64,000 nucleotides of DNA from Trichoplax adhaerens (taxonomy: Eukaryota; Animalia; Placozoa), in the NCBI RefSeq assembly GCF_000150275.1, contig NW_002060943.1, forward strand, positions 5,848,008 to 5,912,007, given 5' to 3'. Positions 1 to 12,361 of this stretch are shown piece after piece (positions within the stretch are counted from its first letter, which is position 1; the number at the start of each line of letters is the position of its first letter). The notes beneath the pieces are model-generated. The model saw only the letters and a list, made by a program, of their open reading frames with translations, was not told the DNA's origin and did not search any database. Both the position numbers and the translations under genes were made by a program.

Positions 1-82
1 ACAATCTTAATATGGCCATACAGGTGCCTGCTTAGCAGAAAGTAGTCAATAATAGAAAATGATGCTGGATATGAACCCGTTA

Positions 83-530
83 CCTGAGTGGTTAATAAGC
101 GGCCATTTTGGACGGTACATCGACACCGTCCAACCGTCGCCCAGCCAGCCGCAAAACAACGTTGGACGACGTTGGAATGAACATCATAGCCAATACGAGA
201 TAAAAAATGACCGGATTGGATAGCCCTTGCAGCAGCCATACCGTGGTGTCTCTAAGAGGTGTTGTTCAATTTAAAAATTGGACTGGGCTTTCACTGGGCT
301 TTTGTGCTTGACACTAACTACAGTGAAAGCTCAACCTACCGTAGGGCGGAACCGCGAGCCAAACTGTTCATACCGTACCGTGTACAGTACTGTAGTATAC
401 TGTACTATACTGTAGACTGAGTGTACTGTAACACTGTACTGTTTATAATGGTGGTGTCGATGTAGAATTGCCCTGACTGTCTTCTACTGTATTTCGACCG
501 CCCAGTCATCGAAACTACAGTACAGTAACT
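83..530 (-). promoter_or_regulatory. Probable promoter / non-coding first exon of a minus-strand gene leaving the window to the left
   Basis: GC-richer island. The minus strand reads CCAAAATGGCCGC (YY1-like; the ATG closes after 4 codons) then CAG|GTAACG donor at ~82. A 9-bp inverted repeat TTGGACGGT/ACCGTCCAA lies at 108-133. The TACAG/CTGTA array at ~370-530 matches those at the other promoters in this window. Confidence 0.45.
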
Positions 531-531
531 A

Positions 532-1255
532 CATACCTTTGGATAGGAAAGTGGACTCATTTTGAGGCCCACATATTTAACTTAGAGGCATTTCAAACTA
601 CATACCTCTGGATAGGAAAGTGGACTCATTTTGAGGCCCACATATTGAACTTAGAGGCATTTCAAACTACATACCTCTAGATAGCAAATTGGATTCATTT
701 TGAGTCCTACATTTTTATTAGGTTAGGGGCATTTCAAACTACTGGACATACCTCTGGATAGGAAAGTGGACTTATTTTGAGTCCTACATATTTATTAGGT
801 TATTAGGGGCATTTTAAACTACTGGACATACCTCTGGATAGGAAAGTGGACTCATTTTGAGTCCTACATATTTATTAGGTTAGGGGCATTTTAAACTACT
901 GGACATACCTTTGGATAGGAAAGTAGACTCATTTTGAGGCCCACATATTTAACTTAGAGGCATTTCAAACTACATACCTCTGGATTGGAAAGTGGACTCA
1001 TTTTGAGGCACACATATTTAACTTAGGGGCATTTCAAACTACATACCACTGGGATAGGAAAGTGGACTCATTCTGAGGCCCACGTATTTATTAGGTTAGG
1101 ACATTTCAACCTACATACCTCTGGATAGGAAAGTGGACTCATTTTGAGGCCCACCTATTTAACTTAGGGGCATTTCAAACTACTGTGCATACCTCAGGAC
1201 AGGAAAGTGGACTCATTTTGAGGCCTACGTATTTATTAGGTTAGTGGCATTTCAA
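532..1255. repeat. Tandem minisatellite, 10 copies of a 69-80 bp unit
   Basis: Unit CATACCTCTGGATAGGAAAGTGGACTCATTTTGAG...GCATTTCAAACTA starts at 532, 601, 670, 747, 827, 904, 973, 1042, 1114 and 1188. Two unit variants are present (TTTAACTTAG vs TTTATTAGGTTAG). Confidence 0.97.
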
Positions 1256-3792
1256 TACCGAGAACTTGTAAGAGAAAATTTTCTCCTTTCACAAGGCATG
1301 GATTGTACTTCATACTTTGCAAAGTATCATTACAAGTATCGGGAAATATCTTTTATATCTTTTGCAATATACTGACAGACACCATGGATTTTCCAAGGGA
1401 AAATGGGAGGACGGTGGCTTTAGCATGACTTGATTACAGTACATTATTTTGGGTTGTAGAGGAGAGTTGAACAGTCTCTGGAATTGCTCTCTTCGCATTT
1501 CCTGTGCTGTAGTACTGTACTCTTGTAGTCCTAGGCACTACTGCACAGTAAAGTGGTTGAACGGAGTGAAAATGTAACTCGAACCCAATAAAACCCGATC
1601 AAATTATTCATTTTCGAACCCGAAATGAAAACAATTGCCATACAAACACTTTATTACCACAAAAATTCTTAATCCGAATCCTGCCCTCGAGTCAGGTTCA
1701 AGCCGGGTTTTGGGTTGACCTTGAAGTGCCAGCTACAAGGACACAGTTTGCAGTTCACTACATCAGTAATAGTGTTACTATTCATGCTGTAAAGAATGCT
1801 ACTGCAATTCTGCGAACTATCTTGATGCTGAATATTCTAGATATTGTGTTGAAGTGGCAAGAACATCTTCATCTCATGATTGCTAATCGAATATGCCACA
1901 GATATTAAAGTATTTGACTGCAGTATTTAGTAGTCAGCTAATTGTTGCGTGTTGTACGGCCAGGTATATGAAAGAGAAAAACTTTAGTTCCTTTCAGATT
2001 TGCTTCTGCACAATATTTACCCTAGTCGATTTTCAACTCCTATGTAGTCAATGGTGACAGATTAGAGGATTACATCATCAGCATGATAATCGATTGATGT
2101 AAAATTATTATCATCTACTGAACACAACCATGCAAGGATGTCGCGAATACTTCCACTTAACCGCTTTAGCAATGGAATAAACTGTAATAGAGTGCATATA
2201 CAGCACTTTCACGAAAAGTAAGAATATCAATAACGATAAGTTAACATTGCATTCGACAAGCGAAAAGTTCCTCATCCAATATACGCCTGTACTATGCCTT
2301 TACTAAGCATATGCAGTTTGAATGATGGTACTGTTCTATACTAAGTTGAGTTAGGGTTATGCTGGATCGATTTTAAAATAAAATCGCCGATGAATGCAAA
2401 GATATGCAACAAAAATTTTTCAATTTCCTATATTATCGAAGTTCAATATATCTTTAATTCAATATCTGATTTTATTTTGCAATGTGCAAGCAAGTATTTA
2501 CATATTAAGTATTAGAAAATGTCGACATCATAAGTACAGTATGAATATCGTCATATCGATGAATTGTAAGTATTATGATAATCATCTATTAATATCGATT
2601 CATCCACGCGCTATTTCTAGATATGCATTGAATAAACACGCAAAGATAACTAAAAGTGATTTGACTTGTTATTAATGCGGCATAAAACAAGAGAACAAGA
2701 GCACAAGAAGCGATGATAATCTGCCATCAGTAACCAATGTTGAATCATATATTCCTTTACAAGGACAGACTGTAGAGTATTGCATCAAAGCAATTTTCAA
2801 TGGATGCAGCAGCATTTGATACTGGCTGGAAAAATATTGAAATCAAGACATAGCAATAATTATTCTGTTTGATATTATAATAAATTTTATACAAATAGCA
2901 TATGAAATTCAACATTGTATTTCTGGCTTAAAATTATTCCACTAATTGAATCAGCAAATAAATTGTGTCGTTGGGATAAATTCCTGTATAATTTCCATAG
3001 GCTCCCCATAAAATTGAGAACCAATCTAAAGGATAAGAAACAAGCGAGCAAACTGATTAAAGACAGACTGATACCTAAAATTAGATTTAAGGATCTGCTT
3101 GTATTTATTTGACGAAGTAGAATATAATACATAACTGTTCTATTACTACAATCTTTTAGTTCTCTTAGTTTCCATCGAAATGGATGTAATCAATCTTTAT
3201 GATTTTTTGCTATGTAATTAAAACACATGAGAGAAACGATTTCAAAAATTCGCATCCATTGATCTTCTAAGTAGCGGGTATTATCTAAGCGTTACAGTAG
3301 CCTAAAGAAGATCATTTTTCGTTTATTACGAATGAATGATTTATATAGAAATAACTACACTATTGGTGATTAATCTACATGAAAATAACCATTCTAACAT
3401 TTCATTTGGCCTAGGAATCGATTTGCACTGCAGTAAACAATTGCTAAATGATAACGAGCCAATACAAAAATGATGAATTAGCTGCATTTTCACCACGACA
3501 CATCCAACAAAAACTGTTGTCCGACACTCGATAAAAATGAACTATTTTCCGCTTTGGCTAAACGTATTTCTCAATTTTCTAAGAAAAACTGTACTATTCA
3601 GTACTTAAAATTAAATACTAAATAAAATACCAACAAGTGTAGGAACATGGTAAGTTATCAGTATCGATACGACTTAACGTCACAATTACAGTATTATTAC
3701 ATAACCAGCATTATTGAAACCTTGCTTTATTCTCTGCAGTTATTGCATTATTGAAGAAAAATTGATGTATTATACTTACGTACACAATTTTA

Positions 3793-6700
3793 TTATTTAT
3801 CATTTGTAACCACCACAGATCTCTTCGTTTCCTTTTTCGAGACATAGCCTACTATTACGAATAAAGCTACGATAATAGTAAGAAGTCCCAACGTCACCAA
3901 AATTATAGGGATGGGGTCAGTTCTATCATTTTCTGGATAAAAAATTAAATATATCTTGAGAAATTTATAATCCTTTATAGCTATTTACTTGCAATATTAG
4001 AAAATATAGATAAAGATGGATGTAAATTTGAGGTAAGCTTGCGTTATCGAAAATTAACTAGTTGAATATATAGGATACATACTTTTAATTATATTTGTGA
4101 ATTTAATATCATCCAGAGCAATAGCGCTTAATGGTGGTGTCGGGTTTGGGTTATAATCGATATATTTTGAGTACGCCACTATTAAAATCTTTTAAAATTT
4201 TTAAAAATGAAATATAGTTGATAACCTGCTTTCAGATTCAGTAAGTCTGATACATTGAGTTATTTAATCAAGATACAAACCGAAAAATCTGTTGAGGACT
4301 GCAATGGTAAAGTTTGTGGTATCCAGCCAGAAATCTGCTGAACTGTCAGCTCTTGGCTCCATAATGTTTTAGTACTGGCTCCTTCTTGACTGCCATTTTT
4401 AATTAATACTTCAATCTTTTGAAAATTTCTTCCATAAACATAATACTTGAAAGATATCTGCAAGACGACGTTTAAACATTTTTTATGAAAACTTATCCTT
4501 TTACCTTATTATAGATGTAAACCAATCTACATCTCTAATAAAAATTCTATTCGCAACTAATGTTACAGTTATATGCTATAGTAAAGCAAGATAACCCTAA
4601 CCACATTTTGATTTTTGTTCAAATGTGCTAATATATTAAAATTTAATAATGTAAAAATAGGCTAGAGCATAGTTTTATGTCCATTTAATTAAAGATTATA
4701 GTCTCAAAATCTTACAAGTTTATCCATATAACTTAACTTTTTATGATTAAACTCTAAAAGTTGTATCAATAATAAAATTTCACATCGTAGTTCGAGGTTC
4801 GATATATCGAATTTAAGATACTTACGGAAGCAACCAAATTGGCATCGTTAGCTATTTGTAGTAATGGACTAGCTAATGCTGCCGAACTACCAGAAGTCCA
4901 AAATGGACCTTGAATGGTATAAATGAAATTACCTAATTATTCGATAAAAGTACGGATTCGGTTAACAAAATTCATTTTGGAAATACTGTCATTGTATAAT
5001 CTTAAGTCGCTATTTAAAATTTTAAAAAGTAGCCAATAATCCATCAAGTAGTCTATAAACCTGCTAAATCAGGAATTGGTAGATAATGTCCCTCGCTATC
5101 ATCTTTATACACCCAATAGGCAAGATTAGTAAAAGGAATCCGATGTTTATAGTTCCATCCACAAAATCCTTTTTCAAAATCACAGCTTGGGTCAAGGGTA
5201 TTTAAATCACTCTCTATTAAATGTAATAAGATAATTATATTTAGGTGACTTCAATTTTTTTTAAATTAAAATTTTATAGCTTTATCCACTCGTATAGCTG
5301 ACTTAAAGCTACTGAATATTCTCAAACAATGTAAAATGGAATTACTCTGAACAATATACAGGAATCCTTGCAAAGCTATCTTATATTGTGAGATTATCTT
5401 ATTATCCTATTATGCTACAACTTAACACATTTTCGAATAAAGGCTTAAAAATCACAGCCAGACTTAAAAGAAAATACCGTCAGCTTTGCATTTTGCAGTT
5501 ATCAACTTGTTCCTTCTCTCGCATTTCGGTCCCAAATCCACGTTATCGTATTTCATTTGCTGGCAACGATAGATCTTATGTTCGTAGCCAGTACAATGAA
5601 GGTCATAAATCCAAGACTTTCGTGGCCAAATGACTAACTCAATTAATTCGGCTGTCATTTCAGCACATGTTATATAAATATATTGAATCGATAAAATTGA
5701 AAAAATTAACAATTTAATAAATTGTGTTTAAATAATATATTCCGGTGTAATGAAAAGATTAATAATAACTTCTTAAAAATAATATACTGTAGGTATTTAT
5801 TGCAAAGGTGTAAATACAATTTACCTTCAGTTGATAAAGCATAGAGAAATCCTTGCTCCCTGCACATAACGTCAGGAATATCGAGTGGAAGAGAATTATT
5901 CAAAGTTGAGCAGACTGTAGTGAAAGAATTGCTTGAACCAGAATATACTTGTAAGTAGCCTTCACGTAACGATTTCCCCCCAGCCAAGACAGAATAATAT
6001 TCGATAGGATCATGGGTTGGCCAGCCTTAAACAAATCATATGATCACATTATTTAGAGCCAAACAAGAATTCCGGATAACATTGTTCCTAGATGGATTGA
6101 CTAGATACAGGATAGTAATCAATTTTTATTGTACCTGTGGTAGGTTGAAGACAGTCGACTCCTATCGCGTAGTTATCGTCACAGCTTACTAAACCCTTAG
6201 CATCGCTAACGTTACTCTTGCACTGTTCTAGAGAATCTTCTAGCCCAGTGCATTCAATAGGATAATACCAAGATGGATCTCCTTCGTAAGCTTTATTTAG
6301 TTTTATAGCTAGATTAAAGTTATGATAATAAGTTCATATTAAATCAATCTGTATTTAAATATCTGCATTTGCACCTCCTTATCATGACGCATTCTTAGTA
6401 TATTAATACAGCGTTTAAATATTACTTTCTGCACTAATGTTATAATATAAAATAAGCTTACCTTTTGTTATACCAGATATAGAAATGCCTTTCTGTTTAC
6501 AGATTACAGTCGAGACTGTATATCCCCAATCACTACTTATACAAATAGTGCCCCATACCGAGCCACGAAAGAAAGCAAGTAACCCATTAGGGCCAATTGA
6601 TATAGGTAACGTGCTAGCAACTAAACCATTTCATTTGCATTAAAAAATTTTTAAGGTTGGTGAAATAAGATAACAGAAAATTATCCTATGCAATATCTCT

Positions 6701-9700
6701 AATTATAATGCAATGTAAAATTTTCGCAGAGAATCTACCCTTTTCCTTAGTTACATGTTTAGGTCGTAAAAGAAATAGACAGTATAGTTTAGGCTGTATT
6801 CTATGCAAATTTGTCAATTAATTTAATTGATAGCATCGTACTACATTGAAACTAAATTTGTACACGATGAAAATAATTATTCACGAAAATATTAGATGAT
6901 ATTGTAATTATATATCAACCAAAATTATTTATCTAGGAAGATCTATTGCAAGAAAAATGCTAGCTGGATTTAAGGATTTCTATTTATACTTAGCAACTTC
7001 TTTAACCGTACACTTATAGGCCTGACATAAGATCGCTTACATTTCGAATCGCCTGGCAATGATGTCGGTTTAATTGGTAACCGAGGTGGACATTGCGAAA
7101 GATCGCAATATTGCCATTGGATTGAGGCATTAATCGTGTAACACCAAGGCTTCGATTTACTACCTCCTGGATTACGGCAGTAATTAACTTCCAATTGATT
7201 TTCAAAAGTCGATGAAAAGTTAGATTGATGTGGAAATACTGTAAACCATGACTGGCATATTATTCCCGCTTGTGTTGTGCTGGTTGTACCCCTGTAATAT
7301 ATTCCATAGTTGCTGCCGCTATAACAATCTTCTTCTACGAGAGAAGATATTTTGTAATACATTTTAGTTATCGTTATACACTATATGATATACATTAACC
7401 CAACAAAAGTAAGATTTTATTGAGTACCAAATGGAGAAATGTAAATGTCGTCGATTGCAATATCGCTATAGGTTCCTCCGTCTATTGCTTGAAAAATAAT
7501 CTGTGACCATCCCATTCAATAATTGAAAGAATTAACATTAATTTTATGATAGCGAATTCAAATACGTATAACGATAATTGTAAAATAGAAATGAGGGGAT
7601 ATTCATTTACATTAACACACAAACCTGATATTCTGGGTATTGTGGATTAAACATAATATCAGCTTTTCTCCAGTAAGGGCCTCTATTATATTTTCGTTCC
7701 CAGATTTGATACTTTGTTAGGCTATATTTCGAATATATTGCATAAAGCCTAATACCACCGATATCGCGTCCATATAGCTGATAATAGAAGATAATCTGAT
7801 GGAGAATAAACCGCAATTAACAAACTTAAATGGATTGAAATCTCAATAAAAGCTGGTATAGTCACAAAAACAAGGCAATACAAAAAATGGAATTGTTTCG
7901 TAATTGCTCTATTGGTTTAGTCTATTTTATATTTAAATGTCGATGGTCTATTCTATATTTCCTTCCGTTTCAGTAGTAGTATCACTAATGAATTTATTGA
8001 ACGGGTTTGCCATTTAATTTTATATATATTACTTACATTAACAGTTTTGACCTGATCGGCTATGATTAACGGCGGACTAATAATTTCAGCAACACTATTT
8101 TGAGGATTTGGTAAAGAATTCATATAAAGATATTTTCCTGTAGCTGAAATTGATAGAATTTTCGCATATTAATTTAAGTATCTTAATATGAATATTGTAC
8201 TATGGATTGTTTCATGAATTAATTTTTAGTCTATTTAAATTATTGCATTGAATAATAATTTCTTCATATTACAGTGCGAGTATAATTAATTTTAATAAGA
8301 TAAATCTGTAGGCTAGCAAGAATAGTAATATCGGTAATCCCTAGTATTATAGCATCTTAATAGCATGTGATGTTAATATAGTACCTGTCCCATATGTATG
8401 ATCGGACAAAGGGCCGGTTACCATCGAATATGTTGTCGGTCCACTTTTTAAATCCCAATCGATTGAATCTGCATTTCTAATTTGTCGAAAACCACATAGA
8501 CCTTTCTGAAAGTCACAGCCTATAGCATCGACTGGGTACGCTATATCAGGTAGAGTATTTTACGGATAGTATTAGCCCAAATTGTTGCAGTGTTCTGTAT
8601 TAACTCGATATGTGTTGGAAAAATGCTGCAAACTTACTAGAAAATTGATAAGGTGGAAGTTGGCTGCCAGTGCTACGAACAATTCTATTTCTGAATATTT
8701 CATTTTTTCCTCCTTATTCATAGTAATAGTTTACGATATTCAAAAATAAAACGATTAGACGCACAATCAACAAGAATAATAAGGTTAAAATGATTTGAAG
8801 AAAGTACTGAATTCAGGTTCAATCATGCCAGATAAAATATCTAAAGTGCTTATAATTATAATAAACTACTGTAATGAACTTTATTTTTCAATCGTTCACA
8901 TATAATGCATTTAATGATTAGCAATTTGATTACGGTAGTCTTGCGATAACTACCGTAACAGTTCTTAAATTTTGTAATAACATATCATAAAAGGTGCAAG
9001 ACACTTACTGGTACTGTCCGTTATGTTAGGTGATAACTTTACATGAAAACAATAACGCTCTGGACTATCTATTATAATTACCGATGTAATTCTATTTAAT
9101 TGTACAATTCACGGCTTTTGATATAGCAATATTTTCAGGTTCTTAATGCTACGAAGCGCCTTAAGTCGCAAGTTAATGTGGCACGAAAACATATTCAATG
9201 AAATTTTTAACCTAGTTACTGCATTAATAAATGTAAACCTAACTATCATGTCCACGAGTTTGCAGTAGTACAATAGCTAAACATCTAACAATTCGCTCAT
9301 AATAGTAACCTTGAGGGCAAATAAGTGCTTCAAGATGGATTGATTGAACTGGAATATTCAAAAATTGTGAAGGTTGATAACAAGCGCCTTCAACATCAAT
9401 TTCCTTCCATTCGATCCAACGATACCATCTTGCAAATTGGCAGTTACAATTTGGTCTTATTAGAATACTAATATTAAAAAACATTTAAAAAGTTAAGTTA
9501 AGCCTAAAAATAATATAGTCAAGGAAATAACAATGATAGATAACTGATATTATCAAGCAAGATTCTGCAGGCGGCCTTAATTAATGCATTTATTTCATAA
9601 CGATATCATCCATTTAATGATCTAAAATACTGCATTGAATTGTAAATGGACATGCTATATATTATCTTCAGCTATAAATGGATGAAATTAAATTGTCAAA

Positions 9701-9930
9701 TTTAGACTTGTAACTTACATTTTCTTTATGTTACGATGCTCTTTATCGAAATTTTCGGGTAGAGATGAACAAATAGCCACATTTTTATCAAGACATTGAC
9801 AACCGGACAAACATTGCATCGGAGAGCTCAATTTCGACGCACTGCATAAGCAATTTTCATCCAAATAGAGAGTAATAATGATGCAAAGCAGGCAATTTAA
9901 ACTGAAAGATCTAAGGTGAGTTGACATCAT
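3793..9930 (-). CDS. Single-pass receptor A: signal peptide-LRRNT/LRRCT caps-MAM-Kringle-SRCR-SRCR-MAM-TM (spliced; probable +1 frameshift at end of TM)
   Basis: Phase-consistent exons: MMSTHLRSFSLNCLLCIIITL... plus CLSGCQC (LRRNT, 9718-9930); CNCQFARWYRW...CYQP...LIC (LRRCT, ~9310-9467); MAM CDFQKGLCGF...DHTYG / IAIDDI (~7428-8540); kringle YYRGT...NYCRNPGG...PWCY...WQYC (~7041-7335); SRCR WGTIC...C (~6135-6620) and a second SRCR (~5479-6025); second MAM CDFEKGFCGW...IALDDI (~4083-5213); TM IPIILVTLGLLTIIVALFVIV (~3850-3912). As assembled the stop is at 3793-3795. Confidence 0.85.
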
Positions 9931-12361
9931 ATTTGATGCCGTTAAACGTTCTTAGTGATGATAATGACAACCCAAAGTAATGTTCTGACTAATAGACTAT
10001 AGCCTTTATTATATTAGGGTTGATTAAGGCTAATATTATCAATTATACTAGGCTAAGGTATAGTGTAATATCACCAATTTGCTCATTCATCAATCATTTC
10101 CAAAGATAGCTGTCAGTAATAGAGTTTAAATTAACCCTTCAGTTACGCACCATGGACTAATATTCTGTAGCTAGACCAGAATACAATTCTTCTAACGAAC
10201 TTGATAGCTTACTTTCGCCTCTACTTTTATACTGTAACAACGATAATAAAATGTTGATATATTATGAAAATATTATTGTAGTCACTGATAAAAGAGATAT
10301 AATTTCTATATTAGTTTGTTACGCCTTGATTCGGTTGCATTGGCAACCAATTGAAAAGTTGTAATTTTACTGGTAGAAAAACTATCACGTGGGTTATTTG
10401 CTACCTTGCAGTATCAGGTACCACCAAAAATATAACGCGATGAATTTAGTTTACATGTTATACTATTGTACCAACTGATTTTCAGCTATTCTACAGCTAT
10501 AATACTGTATAAAATGCTATAGCACGTATCAATACATAAACAAACCAAGGTAACACTAAATAGCTTTTAACAACTGAAATGAAATAAGAAGCAAGGTTTC
10601 TTCCACTTATTAAAGAATTAGGCAAATTTTCCTTTACTTGTAGCACTGTTAATTGGGCCAGTATGATACTTTAAATCGACGATACAAAGTATACAATACT
10701 GATGTATCAGCAAGAATAGTTATCCGTAGTAGTCTTGGAGGAAAGCTTAAAGGCTAATTGAAACAGACTGTAAATATCATATTAGTTCACGATCAGTTAA
10801 GGATATCTGGTGAACAGTAAATGATAAATTCTGTCGTTGCTGTAGGTTCTCATAGACTTTCTGCTCCTGATATCATATTAGATAAGATTAAATCGTCCTA
10901 AGTCATGGAGACCAAGTCGATTATCCGGTTTATCTTAGCCACTTTCGACTGTTATTATGGCGGTAGAAAAGTGAATTCAACTCTTATCTAACGTTCTATT
11001 AATAAACGATACTTTTTAAGTTTAAATACGGTATTTACCTGATTTTGTGTCGCGTTACAGATTTGCTCAATTTTATTAATAACTCAGATTTTGTGTTAGA
11101 CGATTGCGAACCTGAGAGGCTGTAAACCCAAGCATTATATTACTTCATGTATATATTTGTATGGAACTTTCCTTAAGTCACCTCGATAAAAATACTCGTA
11201 CTGTGTACTACCATCAAATTGTCCTACAAATCTCATCATCATTAGTTTGTTTTAAAAGTATAGATTTTACCTTACCACAACAGATTGCTATAACGAACGT
11301 CAATTTTAGTGACGCTTTATTTAAATATTTCTTTTATAGTCAATTAATTAATTGTAAGTACGCTGTAATACGGAGATATCGACATATTGATTCTATAAGT
11401 ACAAGTATATCATTAATTATCAATACAGTATAAATGAAAAAACAAGAAATTATTTATACGCAAATGAGTCAGTGATTCCGTAATGGATGGAAATATTTAA
11501 TGTTTTTAAGAAGCTCTATAATATTCCTTACTTGAGTGTAGGCTACAATAAATAGCATGCCCGTTCCTTGTCAACAAACTTAAATTACCAAAATTTTTTG
11601 GAACTTCATAATACAGTATCATTACGAGGACAAGTGTAATCATGTAAGTAAATACCTGCATTAACGTCAGTAAATCAAAACCTTTTCTAGGCATAAATGG
11701 ATCTGTACAATAATCCTCAATGTCAATTAAAATTCTATTTCGTTTACATAATGCTCTCGGTTTCCTTCTATTAATCAATAGTAATGCCAATGAACCAATT
11801 CTTTTACAACTTATACAAGAAACTTATGATATTAATCAATTTTACTGCATAATTTATGCCACCATGTGGATACGAACTCAACGATATGCAAATGATACAG
11901 ACAGCAAGCACTGCTGATAAGGATATCCTACGCTAATTACGGGTAATCTAATTTAAGAAATATGAAATAATGTTGGAATAGAAACTATAGATATAAACTA
12001 AACATGTTATTTTGTTTATTCGTTGATTGTATCTAAGTTTAAATTAGCAAGTTTTATATACGGATGTGATTTCCTACCTATTCCACCGTAATACGAATAA
12101 TCCCATAAACGTGACATAACGGAATTTTAGACTGAAAAACTTATGATAGTGTAACTCAAATTTACGGCAATGATATCATTTCTTCATGGTGACCATATGG
12201 CGGGTAATATAATAATTATAATGCCTAGACTTATATTGAAATGAACATAGTAAAACATTGACCACTGGGACCTCTTTAGAAATTTCATATTAATGGCTCG
12301 ATTTTTGTCATCATGGATGGATACAAGTTGCATTAGCGATTACACCTTATCTATGGGAAGC

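Noticed and set aside
532-1255. CRISPR-like repeat/spacer appearance of the minisatellite
   Set aside because: The variable parts are two recurring variants rather than unique spacers. The context is eukaryotic and no cas genes are present.
1582-1718. Imperfect inverted repeat AACCCAATAAAACCCGA / CCGGGTTTTGGGTT suggesting a MITE
   Set aside because: Short and imperfect, with no recognisable TSD and a single copy in the window.
1725-3132. Cys-rich frame near 1725-1960 and kinase-like echoes in ORF 2887-3132
   Set aside because: Multiple stops, no invariant kinase residues (HRD, DFG) and no consistent splice path.
4592-4602. TAACCCTAACC telomerase-template-like word
   Set aside because: An isolated 11-mer in an AT-rich intron with no pseudoknot or H/ACA context.
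10200-12150. Several minus-strand splice-like sites and ORF 11506-11790 between the two receptors
   Set aside because: They could not be joined into a coherent reading frame and no domain was recognised. Possibly 5' UTR exons of receptor A.
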